Below are positions 25,281 to 37,594 of a stretch of DNA of 64,000 nt, piece after piece. This stretch comes from Macrostomum lignano (Eukaryota): the NCBI GenBank assembly GCA_002269645.1, contig NIVC01001783.1:173853-237852 (forward strand), given 5' to 3'. Each line of letters opens with the position of its first letter. The first letter of the stretch is position 1. The translations under genes and the position numbers were made by a program. The notes under the pieces are model-generated. The model had not been told where the DNA came from and searched no databases. It saw only the letters and a program-made list of their open reading frames with translations.

Positions 25281-27184
25281 CCAATTTTTGCTTATTTCTA
25301 TTATAATAATACCTTTACCCTCTACCTTTAACTTTTAACATATATAAACAACATGTCACTTTTGGTATATTGAGATAGCCTAGGTTTGAAACTATTATCC
25401 ATAGTATGAAAATCAAATGTCTTGTGCTAGTAGTGCTACTGGCTTTAGTAGGTAGTAATACCTGCTGTAAAGGGAAATGTTATTTGTTTTATTAATCTAA
25501 TTTCACTAACAAAATCTGTCTTTTCCGAGACTTAAAGCTAGGTCATATACTATTCCAATCATAGCCAATAGGAAATAAGGAAATATATAGACCTATTCCT
25601 ATCCAAGCAGCCATTCAGAGCTGTGGCCATCTTAGTGTGTGGCCATCTTGGTCATGTGCCTTTGGCCCTTGCACTACATGCATTATTGCGTGCAATAATA
25701 AAGCACAAAAAATTGTTGGCTTGCAACCACGTGCAAAATGGATTTGGAAATAAAACATAGGTTTGGATTTGGCTAGACCATGAAAATTCTTAATCAGTAA
25801 TGTCAATTTAAGAATTTTTTAAATAATTTTAACTAGGCCTGCTAGGCCCCTATGTTTTTTTAAAATAATTATTAATATAATATTTTATATTTTTAGGCCT
25901 ATACTTTTTGCAGTAGAATAAGATAAAAAAGTAATGTAATCCATGGAAAAGAATGAATTTGCTTTGTTTAAACCAGCTTTGCTGCTTTTACTTAAGCAAA
26001 TTCCTAAAAAAATACTAGGCCTAGGCCTAGCACATTTTTGCTTTTAACATCTTTTGCTAGTCTTGCATATGGTGCGCAATGTAGATAAGGCCCTTAATGT
26101 GCAACTTGCAGTGAATATGAGATTTCTAAATAATCTTGGCATGCAGCATGCAGGGTCAAAAAGTTTTGTGGCATGCATGAAACATATTCAACTTTGGGAC
26201 TATAGGGACCTAGGACTAGGAGTAGGACAGGTTCTTTTGCATGCATATGCCATATATTATATATATTTGGTATTTTTGAAAAAAAGTATTATTGTCTACT
26301 AAAAATATATATACAAAGCTACTTGAAAACTGGTTCAAGTACCTTTTAGTTTTTGAAACAAAGGCAGTCATTCAAAGGTGAAAATGAAAAGAATGCAAAT
26401 GAAAAATGTATATAAAATATGAATTGAATATATGCTATTGTAGTAAGTGCTTTTTTAAAGAATTTAGGTATTAGAACCTAGGTTATCTGTGCAGAGTGTG
26501 TATAAACACTTTAAATTTTTTTAATTCACCCCAAAATTGAATTGAAATTGAAACTGCAATCTCATATTATATGTTATGAAAAAGTTAGAAACATAACCTA
26601 TTTTCCTTTAAAGCCTCATTTTCACCAGGGTCTAGATCGTATAATAGTGTACGCTGGAACAAGAATCCTACCTTAGCTAAATATATGCCAGTATATGCCA
26701 AAAATGTGAAATTTCACTAAATTGTATGCTAAACATTTTCCCTATAATAGGTCTTTGGTTTTCACTAGTTATTTTTTACTTCTAAAATAAGGTTTCGTAA
26801 AAATCTTCTTAAAAAAGTAGATATTTTAATTTTAAACAAAATGAAATCAAATAAAAAAAACACTTAATTTTGGTTTTCTGCAATAGTTTTTAATAGTTTT
26901 ATTTAATATTGAATGTGAACACAAGCCAAAGGTTTATCATAGACTTTCGAGAGTATACGAATTTTCTTTATTTTATGTAAACATGTTCATTTAGATTAAA
27001 TTTTTCATGCTTGGCATGAATTTGTTCATTAAAATTTGTAGGCCTAAAAAACAGCATAAATTTTTATGCTGAAATTTGCATACTATGGCGGTGCACAGCC
27101 GGGATCGAGAACTTAGGGCGTTCGCACGCAGGCTCCAGCACGCCTGGCTGGTATAAATACGAGTACACAGTACGACGGAGGCGA

Positions 27185-29760
27185 AGTACGACTAACTGAA
27201 GGAACGCCTGTTGGGCACCTTCAGCCTGACCCGGCAGCAGCGGGCCAGTCGCCTTCTCGGCATGTCCAGCCTCGGAGACAGCTAGGCGGCCCTCAGAGCT
27301 GATGGATGAAATGTTAGCCCTGATGGGAGACCACCGTTCCTGCCTGCTATTTGAGGAGCTGTTTCGCCAGCAGCTTTCCCGCCGACGTCAGGATGGCCAT
27401 GGCAACGGCCTATTTCAGCGACTCCCGTGCGGCCGCGCAGCTGGCTGACAAGCTGTGGTCCAGCCGGCCACAGCCATGCAGTTGCCAACTCGGTCCAGCA
27501 GCCAGCTTCAGACTCGGCCAGCCAGCCATCCTCGCAGCCAGCAGAGGCGGCAACCGCGAGTCCAAGCAGGACCGCCCCGTCGACGGGCGTTGCAGCTACC
27601 ACCGTCGTTTTGGTGCGAAAGCCCGCAACTGCCAGTCTCCGTGCAGCTGCATGGCAGCTAGTGAACAGCTCGGCGGCCGGCAATTAGCAGCAGCCTGCTA
27701 GATACCCGGTGCCGCACATCCAGGACTTCTCGGCCCGCCTGGCCGGGTGCTCGGTCTTCTCCAAGATCGACCTGGTTCGCGGCTACCACCAGGTGCCCGT
27801 GGCCGCGGCTGACGTGCCCAAGACAGCCGTCATCACGCCGACCTCTTCGAGTTCCTGCGAATGCCGTTCGGCCTCAAGGCTTCCCAGGCCTTCCAGCGTC
27901 TGGTGGACTCCGTCTGCCAGGATCTCGATTTCGTCTTCGCCTACATTGACGATTTCCTAGTCGCCAGCCGCAGCCCGCAGCAGCACCTGGAACACCTGGA
28001 GCAAAGCGGGCGCTGGCCTCCGCCACCATGCTGGTGCACCTGCAGCCGGACGCGCCCATCGCCCTCACCGTCGACGCCTCGGACAACGCGGTCGGCGCGG
28101 CACTTGAGCAGCAGGTCGGCGGCGCCTGGCAGCCGCTCGCCTTCTTCAGCCGGCAGCTTCGCCCGCCCGAGCAGAAGTACAGCGCCTTCGATCACGAGCT
28201 GCTCGCCCTGTACCTGGCGGTCCGACACTTCCGCTACACTCTCGAGGGCCGCGTGTTCACCGCCTTTACGGACCACAAGCCGCTGGTCGCCGCGATGGTC
28301 AAGATGTCCGACCCGTGGTCCGCCCGGCAGCAGCGCCACCTGGCCTACGTGCCCGAGTTCACCACGGACATTCAGCACGTGGCGGGCAGGGACAACTCGG
28401 TCGCAGACGCGCTGTCAAGCTGCACGGTCTCTTCGGTGCAGCCCCGGCTGCTCGCCGGCATGGACTTCGCGGCCATGGCGCAGGCACAGGCGATCGATAC
28501 GGCCAGCTAGGCCGACGCCGCCTCCAGCTCGAGCCGCTGCAGCTCAGTCCTGGCGTCGCCCTGCTCTGCGACATCTCCACGGGCTGATGGCGCCCTCTGA
28601 TGCCCCCTGATTTTCGCCGTGCCGTCTTCGACGCCACACACGGCCTCGCCCACCGTCCGCAGCACGCGGCGCCTCGTGGCCGCCAAGTTTGTGTGGGCCG
28701 GCATGAACAAGGATGTCAGCCAGTGGGCCCAGTCCTGCGTCGCCTGCCAGACGGCCAAAGTTCAGCGGCACGTCGCCGCCCCTGTGGTTGGTATCCGCGT
28801 CCCGGGTCAGCGCTTCGCCTATGTACACATCGACCTGGTGGGGCCGCTGCCGCCTTCGCAGGGCTTCACGCACCTGCTGACGATTGTTGACCGCTTCACC
28901 AGGTGGCCGGAGGCAATCCCGATGGTCGACACCTCCGCAGCAGCCTGTGCCTCTGCCTTCATCGCCAACTGGATCGCCAGGTTCGGCGTGCCCAGCGACA
29001 TCACCTCGGACCGCGGTTCCCAGTTTACGTCACAGCTGTGGTCCAACGTCTCCCGGCTCCTCGGCATGCAGCTGCACCGGACAACCGCCTTCCATCCGCA
29101 GGCGAACGGGCTGGTCGAACGATTTCACCGGCAGCTGAAGGCCTCCCTCAAGGCGCGAGTGGCCGGATCAGCCTGGGTCAGCGAGCTGTCCTGGGTGCTG
29201 CTCGGTATCCGGACGGCCCCTAAGGAGGACCTGCCAGCTTCGTCGGCCGAGCTGGTCTACGAAGCGCCTCTCTGTGTGCCTGGTGAGTGCCTGCAGCCCA
29301 GCCCGCCGGCCGGCCGGCGACCACGACCAATTCCTCGCCCGACTCCGCGGTGCCGTCTAAGCATTCCGGCCGACGCTGACGTCCCGTTACGGCAGCCGCC
29401 CCACAGCTTGGCCGGCCGCCCTCGACACCTGCCAGTTCGTTCGCTGCAGCAACCTTATGACGGCCGTTCAAGGTCCTTGAGCGGGACGCCAAAGCATTCC
29501 TTCTGGACCTCGGCACCCGCCGTGACCGGGTGTCAGTCGACAGGTTGAAGCCGGCAGCTATCGATGCAACTGGCCTGGTCCCGTCGCCAGGGCTTCGACC
29601 GAGATGCCGTCCACCTCGACGGCTCAACAAGACGCCTCCAGCGGTCCCTGCTGCCGCCCAGGCCGCCCCATCCGGCGACTCTCAGTCCGCCACTCGACGT
29701 GCCGTCGCCCTCCCCAGCCGTCGGCTGCCGCCTCGCCGGTGTCATCCGACTTTTTCTGCA
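27185..29760 (+). mobile_element. internally deleted, LTR-less Ty3/Gypsy remnant (gag, partial RT, RNase H, integrase)
   Basis: gag (RPSELMDEMLALMGDH; CSYHRRFGAKARNC), RT (FSKIDLVRGYHQ; AYIDDFLV), RNase H (TVDASDNAVGAALEQ; FTDHKPL), integrase (VHIDLVGP; TSDRGSQF; NGLVERFHR); protease and parts of RT deleted; very GC-rich. Confidence 0.92.
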
Positions 29761-29906
29761 TCTGCATGAAGGCAGACCAAAGGACTAGCTCTTTCCGCGA
29801 TGCATTTAGCTTGGGGTTTGGGGTTTACTTCGGGTATGTCGTAAGTAATGTAGCACACACACAAAACAACTTACTAACGAAAATAATTGCTAAAAATAAA
29901 AACCAA

Positions 29907-30840
29907 TTACGCGCTCATAAAAACATTAGCTTGCTTGCTTTGCATTTCAGAAGCTTCGTCTCCAGGCGGCGCATTGACACCTACAGGGTCAGCGCTAGAT
30001 GCGCCAGCCACAGAGCTGCTCCTCTCAGATCTTCGCTTGAGTAGATTCGACACACCAATGTAAGTGAGCTCGAGCAGCTCGCATAGGGTGAGCACACTGC
30101 AGCCAATGTACAAACCCAGAAAGCTGCCAGTGTCTGCTAAAAAGTCAGTGAACGTGTAGGACCAGGTGTGCATAATCTGGGGTGACTTGGTCGACGCAAC
30201 GGATACTTTGACACTGAGCATGGACTCGGACACGTAGGACCGAAATATGCCCTCCAGGTGGGCTGAGTGGCTTCCGCTGTCAATTTGCTTAGCAATGTCA
30301 ATCAGCTGGAAAAGCGCCGGCGCGGACTTCTTGATGACTTCTCTGAATTTACAAAGAATTTTTCAGTTAAACTGCCAACGCTTGGCCACTTGCTGAATGA
30401 GAAGCTTACGCCGTTACGCGCTACTCTGGATACGAGCAAGGTATTTTATCTTTGCAGTAATTAAAGATAAAATAGTAAGTGCTGGATTTTCATCCCGCCG
30501 GCATCCCGTAATGCATATTGATCGTTTCAGACGCATTCTCGCAGCAAGGCGAGTCGCGATATTTCCATGGCAGCGGATGTCGCTGATTTAGGTGACAGCC
30601 AATTTTGCTAATTAAATCGCTGTTTAATTTTTCGTATAAGCAGGCGGCGCCACTGTAGTTAAATACTTGTAGCTGTCTCGTCAGCGAGTTAGCGAATTTC
30701 ACGGGCGAGTGATTGTTATATAGCAGTAAACGTTAGACAGATCTTTGCTAAAGGCATTCTCCGTCATGCTCAGCTTCACCGAGTACTCAAAACCCGTAGC
30801 CATGTGGAATTTATTTTCGTAGCTTGGCGACGAATAAGCT
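29907..30840 (-). pseudogene. divergent DEG/ENaC pseudogene, 5'-truncated (copy C)
   Basis: TM2 FLADTGSFLGLYIGCSVLTLCELLE; upstream pieces align to copy A (FNYSGAAC vs FSYSEAHC; PLPWKYR vs PTPWEFR; KWPSVGSL vs LWPNQGSL) but carry two in-frame stops (~30490, ~30421) and frameshifts near 30720, 30405 and 30360. Confidence 0.85.
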
Positions 30841-30849
30841 CCTATCTTA

Positions 30850-31345
30850 CTCTCCTGATTGCTTGAGCAATTGTTCTCTCGTGTCCTTGTTCTTCTCCTG
30901 TGCTCTTACTGTCTTGTAGTATTGTTCCGTCACTTTCTGTTCGTTTGTTTCATAACTTGTTACTTCGTTTAAATAAAAACGAATCTGTTCATTTGAAGTG
31001 TCTGTAATAGATTTGAAATGTTATTAGAAGTTTAATGTCTAGTTTAGTGTCTGTAATTAGATGATTAGCACTAATACTAAAGCAATGGAAAATAGCGGAA
31101 GTCTATTTAGCTCGTAGCTACTTTTATCTCAAAAGTGCATTTGTCTCACAGTCATTTGTAACGTGTTCTGCAGCTGCTGCTAATGTATAAAGTGCTCTGA
31201 GAAGACCTGTAGGACTGCTTAGTTTAATGCGTAAACCTGCACGTCTAACGGGTAAATATGCGTTTGTAAAATATGTCTTTCTAAATATGCCTACTATTTT
31301 TTGTCTTCTGATATTGGGAATTGTATGTGAAATAGGGGTTGTCAA
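30850..31345 (-). mobile_element. possible LINE 3' remnant replacing the 5' part of ENaC copy C
   Basis: AAAEHVTNDCETNALLR resembles a decayed LINE C-terminal EHx4C..R motif; weak. Confidence 0.3.
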
Positions 31346-32099
31346 TGCTTAAGGGTGTAGTGTTTTATGTTCTTTTGGTATACTCGTACACATATTATAG
31401 GTTTCCCAAATTAGAAGGGTCTAAATTGCTAGTTTAATTACTGAAGCCGCGAGTTTTTTGTTCCCTTTGCGAGCGTTCCTATGATAATGCAAGTAAATCC
31501 CACATGTCCCTGGTTCTACTGAAAAAATAGGCAGACACAATTCTCCTGCTCAATATTGCTCACGATGACCATGAAAAATATTGATAACAAGACGGAAGAA
31601 AGTCACAGGGCCAGGGTTCGGATAGGAAAGTATAAAAATGACATTAGAGAAACTGATGACTGATGACAGTAGAGAAAGGGCGCCTGTGAAATGTGGGATT
31701 TAATAGCTCGTAGAATGAGCGGTCGGATTGCGTGGCAACATTTGCACCGAGTATATAATCGTCCATGTTTGTTTTACACTGTATACATACAGTCTGCTTG
31801 AAGTACGCTAGTACGACCCACAAAATGTGTAAAAACTACATGTAGTAAAACGTGTATCTGTCGCAAAAGGTTACGCCACGTACTCGTAGTTTTTGCAGAC
31901 AATTGCCTAGGACTTCTCTCTGCAACACAGAAAACAAACTCTTGGACAGAAGTACTTAGGACGGATTCGGACACTTTGCAGTTTCTAATAAAACATTTCT
32001 AAGTGTGGCGTGTGCTTCAAAAACAAAAAATGTAGTACGACATAAGCGGGTTACATGTCTTTATAAATTATTGCTCCTCTAGTAATATCCATCGGCACA

Positions 32100-33803
32100 T
32101 CAGTTTAGTTGTTTAGCGCGCCTCATGCAACTCGCACGCAGAATCACGTCGTGCAGCAGCTCAAACAGCTCCAGCACAGTCAGCAGAGAGCAGCCCAAAT
32201 ACAATCCGAGAGCGCTGCCGATGTCAGCGATAAACTGGGACAGATTGTAGTCAAGACTGAATGTTGTCAGAGAGCTCATTGTCGCATCCGCTCGAAGCGT
32301 GACGCTCACTGCGGCTCGCGAAAAATAACGCGACACTCCCTCCTCGAAACCAAGCCTGTCAGAAGCATCCATAAATTTCATAATCTTGACACCAGTTTCC
32401 AAAGACCTATAATCCGTTGGATCCACAGTCGCTATCATAGATCCTAACAGGTTTTTCACTAGGCGAATCAGGCTGCCCTGGTTCGGCCACAATCCGTACG
32501 ATGACGTCACATCGTACAGCCGCTGATTGCACAGTCGCTTCTCTGAGCACGCTTTGTCCCACGAGCTGTTTGCGCTGTCAGCGTCTTCTCGAGCTCTCAG
32601 AAACGCATTCATATTTCGGTGGATGGTGTCCATCGATGCCGCTGCAGTGAGGTTGAGACACAAGGCCAAGTGTCTGAACTCCCATGGTGTCGGGTCCGGT
32701 GAAGGACTGCAGTTGTACATCTGCTGTCTGCTCCTGGCGATCTCCGAGTAGTAGCAGTGGGCCTCGCTGTAGCTAAACGCGTCGGCAGAACCGGTGCGCG
32801 GGTTGAGGAACAACACTGGCTCGTCGTGCTGTGAGACACACTTGCCAGGGAAGTCCGACGGCTTCATGAGAACATCTCGCATCGCGATCGAGATATCATA
32901 GGCTCTTCCAGGACCAAGGCTGACCACAGTCGACGTGAGTCGCGAAGGATACTGACCTCTGGGAGTAAGGTAGAGGTACATTCCGCTGCCTTTATCGAAT
33001 CCGATTGGGTTCTCGAGGTCCCAGTCATACGGATATACATTTACTGACTTTCCTGAAACAATTGTAGTCATGTTCGGGAGGCGCTGATCAGGTGGTGAGA
33101 ACAAACTTTTTTCGTCAAAGTCGCGAAAGTATGAATCCAAGTGTAAATTAAGCTTGAGTCTGCTGTTTGTGTTTTGCATTTTGAGCAACTCAGCGTCGGT
33201 CAAGGCCAGCTTAAAGCACTTCAGGTGGTTCGGGTGGTACAAGGTCTCGACCGCAATCGGCTTGTCGAGTGTTGGCTCAGAGCCTGCACTGAATATGCCG
33301 AAGTTCATGTAGAAAGTCTGCAGCTTCCGCTGACCGACGATGTCAGCGAGAACTTTGTACGGGAGCGACTGGATCAAGCTTGTTGGCCGAAGCTCGTCCA
33401 GTGCGACGGTAATGTGGGCCGATGAGTTCAGGGAGTTGAGCGCATCTTGGAATGAGGCATTTGCAGCGTAGAATGGAGTTTTCACCTGGTCAGCTTCGGA
33501 CTTGTTCAAGCGACACGTGAAGGATCCAGCTGTTTGCAGACTGTTGCAAAAGTACACGTCGGGAAACTCGAACGGAACCTTTTCGGCTTCGAACTCGGAC
33601 TTGACGCCCGGACTGTTGAGCTTCCCAATGTAGACGATGCAGGTGTTGAGTAGCAGGCCAAGAAAGGATAAAAAAGTGAGCAGCCAGAAAACCCGAAGAG
33701 CGACGGGTCGACTCGCAGGAGCCACTCGGCCGATAGCGTGAGCGGTGGTGTTGGCCACGGAGTCCCGGACAATCTCTGACAGAGGCAGGCGCTGAGAAAC
33801 CAT
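32100..33803 (-). CDS. DEG/ENaC (amiloride-sensitive sodium channel family) subunit, intronless, 567 aa (copy A)
   Basis: Pre-TM1 TTAHA, TM1, FPDVYFCN post-TM1 motif, Cys-rich thumb, TM2 IADIGSALGLYLGCSLLTVLE with GxS filter. Confidence 0.93.
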   Translation of the reverse strand: MVSQRLPLSEIVRDSVANTTAHAIGRVAPASRPVALRVFWLLTFLSFLGLLLNTCIVYIGKLNSPGVKSEFEAEKVPFEFPDVYFCNSLQTAGSFTCRLNKSEADQVKTPFYAANASFQDALNSLNSSAHITVALDELRPTSLIQSLPYKVLADIVGQRKLQTFYMNFGIFSAGSEPTLDKPIAVETLYHPNHLKCFKLALTDAELLKMQNTNSRLKLNLHLDSYFRDFDEKSLFSPPDQRLPNMTTIVSGKSVNVYPYDWDLENPIGFDKGSGMYLYLTPRGQYPSRLTSTVVSLGPGRAYDISIAMRDVLMKPSDFPGKCVSQHDEPVLFLNPRTGSADAFSYSEAHCYYSEIARSRQQMYNCSPSPDPTPWEFRHLALCLNLTAAASMDTIHRNMNAFLRAREDADSANSSWDKACSEKRLCNQRLYDVTSSYGLWPNQGSLIRLVKNLLGSMIATVDPTDYRSLETGVKIMKFMDASDRLGFEEGVSRYFSRAAVSVTLRADATMSSLTTFSLDYNLSQFIADIGSALGLYLGCSLLTVLELFELLHDVILRASCMRRAKQLN

Positions 33804-36149
33804 GAGGACTCTACAGTAAGAATGTAACTTTAAAAGAAAGCTTTGTAACTAACCGCGTGCAATGTCTCTGTATTTGGACATAGAACAGATTATAATCCAA
33901 GTCGACAAATGACAGATTTGTGGGGATCAATAAACTACCAGCGTCATGTTGCTCTCGATGCAATTAGCTAGCGATTCTCGGTTGAATGCTTTCTGAGAGA
34001 AACTTTTTCGACAAAGAATCTTGTTTTAATGTGTTCCCGTGTGTTTGCATCCCATAGTGGTCGTTATTTGCATACAGTTATTTGCATATCTGAGTGCTGC
34101 CAGTTTAATGACTAGTTTGCTTGATTGTAGCAAACTGCAGCTCAATGTGTGTTAGCTATTAGAAACTATTTTTAATCTATACAGTTACACTATATCCCCC
34201 TCTACGTTGTATCCTCTGAAAGTATGAAACTGCACTTGTCGCTTCCTCAGTCATAATTGCCTGCCTTATGGGGATGTAATTTGTAAGCGTAAATAATGAA
34301 ATCTCATCGGAGCAAAGCACAGGTGTATTGTGTGCAGTACAAGGACCACTGGAATGTTCTAGTCTAGTAGTTCTTGGTGCAATAGAGTAGCATTTTTTCA
34401 ACAGGGATGCAAAGCAACTCAAATGGTGCGCGTTAGCATTACTGCAGCACCTGAGGCTACTTGAAGAAGCAAAACTTTAGGCAAGCATGCAGATGTTCAG
34501 CTTGCCTCCAGTCACTGCGCCACACATGTTGTCTGGATCTTCAGCCTAGCGACTAGCGAGCAGCGCCCCCCGTTGGGGGGGGGGTGGCAACAAAATATAG
34601 AATAAAAATCTTTCAATGAACTAAATTTATAGCTTCCAACTCCGACCAATACGACCAATTGTGCTCAGGTTCGCTCCCGAGTTTGTCTGCGCGAACTGTG
34701 ACTTGTGCTGCTCACATTTCTCTGCTGATGTCAGAATGGTAGTAGCCGGAAAAGGTGACTGGATTGGCAATTTGCGATAATGGGTCTGAGTTATCAGTAC
34801 GCGGACATATGCTTCACTGTTTTTAGTCCTTGGTTGATTGAGTGTTCGCGTGAAATCGCACAGATCTGGCACCTACATCAAGGAATTTTTGGCGTTTTGT
34901 GGTGCAAGAAAATAGACTTTACGTTTAAGGCTGGTAGTGTTGTGTCGGGGTGCATCTGCACTTTTTAGCCAATAGCCCTCTCGGGCTTGCAGTCAGTGCA
35001 CCCGCCACAGCACTTTTCCCCCTTCAGTTGTTTACGCAGTTGTGTACGCGCCACCAACCCCACTGCCTGTCTGGGCCAGTCGGCTTTGGCTGGCTGCGCC
35101 CCCCCCCCAGCGCGTCCCCCCTAGCTTGCCCCGCGATTGGCTGGCGGCCTTTTCTCCTATCGACCTATCACGACCCCGTCGCGTTCTGTAAGCTGTGAGT
35201 TTTGTAGGTTTGGCTAGCTGCGCCTGAGTTAGCAATAATACCCCGGGGCTTAATCAGCTAGTGCTAATATATGTTGGCGTGTGCGGCGGTATGGGAGGCC
35301 ACCCTCCGCGCCGATCTAGGCTCAGCAGACTATCACAAAAATAACCGAGCTAAAAATCAGTCTATACTTGAAGGCATTCGTTGCCAGAATTGCAGAAAGC
35401 CCACTCCTGCCGCCGCCACAGTCACTGCTGTGTCGAGTCAAAGAGTGTGTCGCGTCACTTGCTTATTTTCGGGTCTAGCTCGCAGCTACAATCCAGCTTA
35501 TCACAACAATACTCCAAAAAATGCAGCCCCCCCCCCAACTGCTACACCAACAACATCGTTACTCTCAAACAACAACCTCCCCAACAACAAATGGCGCCCT
35601 ACAAACAACAGCAATGCTACATGCACCCTAGCATTATTGCTACCCCAAAACAATAAAATATTTCCCAATAACAGCGATAACCCACAATAACAATGCTATA
35701 TACCCCACAGCAATAGATTCTCTTAGCATGGTATAGTTTTTCTGTTTAGTTAGGGCTTGTTTTCCTAACAATTTAATGGTAATTTGTATTTGAATGAGTT
35801 AATAGCTTGAGAAAGGAATGAACTCACTACAGTTTGACGATAAACATGGCAATAAATAAACAAACAAATATAGGCCTTCCCAGCCGAGGGGCGTACGATA
35901 ACCCGCTAGTATGACTGACTTGGAATTACTTGAGCGTCAGAGAGAGCGCGTCGCGAGAGACCTGCCAGTCTGTCCAACAATGTCCCGTCGTGCTGTACAA
36001 CTGTAGTCACAGGTCTAGACAGTACAGGGCAGGGCTTGACTTACTTGACTTAGCTGCAGTGGGCATCGTCCGCGGGTGTAGCGAGGAGGCGGAGAAGATC
36101 GCCCATTCTGCTAGCTCCTGGCGACCAATGATTTCCGTCGAAGTGATGT

Positions 36150-36370
36150 CGCTCAGGGGAACCCGTCGGTCTCGCCTTTAGCGTGGTCCTCAGCGGGGGT
36201 GGGGAAGAAATCAGCTCGTCTCGTGTCCCGGAGGTACCGGGCGATGGGTAGAACCAGATTTGACTCGAGCTGAGTGAGCCTGGCCCTGGTAAAGACCGCG
36301 CAGTGGCAGATAAAGTGCTCAGTGTTTTTAGTGCCTGAGCGATAGAATAGGCACCGCTCTTCAGGTACCT
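36150..36370 (-). mobile_element. LINE 3'-end fragment (C-terminal CCHC-type domain)
   Basis: ERCLFYRSGTKNTEHFICHCAVFTRARLTQL resembles the Cx2C...EHx3C...R motif of I/R1-type LINEs. Confidence 0.55.
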
Positions 36371-36371
36371 G

Positions 36372-36795
36372 GTACTTTCCCGCCGAGATTTGCCCGCAGT
36401 GCAATTTGCCCGCGAGCGATTTGCTCGCCGAGTTTTCTCCCACCGAGGCTTGCCCGAAAATGTTTTTCTTAGCGGCGTATTTTAGATTCTGTCTGCATTT
36501 CCCCCCTCCCAATGCTATAGTACCGCGTAGGTCTTATTTATTTAAGAGATTTCGAAGACAAAGTGAGACGGCATATGCTTGAATTAGTAGCTCACTGCAT
36601 GTATATCGAACTGAATACCTACAAGAAAAATATTAATTTGATATGCAGTTACTATCAAAACGTTTGATGGGGTAAATACCTTTTATTAAGACTTTCTAAG
36701 CATTGGAGGGCAATTCAGACAAAATTTGCCGTGTGGCTAAATGTGCTGCTGCAAGAAAAAACATGTACTTGGCAAACCTCGGCGGGAAAAAAACG
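36372..36795. mobile_element. possible MITE
   Basis: ttcccgccgagatttgcc (~36375) is an inverted repeat of ggcaaacctcggcgggaa (~36771), 1 mismatch; no TSD established. Confidence 0.45.
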
Positions 36796-37594
36796 GGCAA
36801 TTCGTTCGCGCGTCTACCTACTGCCATCTGCTTAAATGGCAGTAGGTAGCTGTTTGCAGACTGGAGAGGAGAGAGCGGGAGACTTATGGATAGAATTGCA
36901 TCGAAGCTGCAACTCTCAGTTCTCAGTCCTCATGAACTGGTTTCAGCGTGGAAACTTTAACATGTAATTGCAGTGTGTCGTATGCAGTTGCTTAAAATAT
37001 TTTCTTGTATCGTGCCAGAAATATACTCAGCAACTTTGAAAAGTCGCCATCACGTTAAGATTTCGTCTGCGGTCGCCACTTTTGAGAGTGCAGGTAAAGT
37101 CTCTCGATCTTGCGAGTGACGCAACTTAGCCATACGCCACGCGACAGACTTGAGTTTAGGAATGAAGTGGGGGAGCTGTGTGCGAGGGTTGGACGGATTA
37201 AAGCTACCCTGATGAGTTTTCTCGCATCTTTTATTTTAGAATGGTCCAAGAGAAATTGCTCACTTGCGCATAGAGTGGCGACTTTTCAATGTTGCTAAAT
37301 ATAAATGAAATACATCGTGAAAATATCGTCTTAAAGGGAGCCATATTGCTTCGTTCCTGCGCGACATGGGCTCATAAAATACGCCCAACTGAAATACAAG
37401 CTCACAGCATGTATATGTATGATGCTTGACGTCGTGTTCTGACAAAGCATTTAAAACCTTTAACTGGAGTTCGCATTTCAAAGCTAGAACGAGTTTAAAG
37501 AGGTTTAAATTATAAAAAGAGAGATTTCATAACACAAGAAGAAAATCAATTCAGAAAGTAAGGCAAGAAATAAACACAAAAAAGAATATGGCAA

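Noticed and set aside
24621-25284. Leu/Ser-rich membrane-protein ORFs (also 180-575)
   Set aside because: Artefacts of GA/CT low-complexity DNA
30480-30500. In-frame TGA/TAG in ENaC copy C as recoding or an alternative genetic code
   Set aside because: Accompanied by several frameshifts and truncation; intact genes use standard stops, so it is pseudogenisation
35271-35710. Gln/Pro/Asn-rich ORFs between the ENaC copies
   Set aside because: Low-complexity CAA-rich sequence; the frames do not join and there are no domain or splice signals
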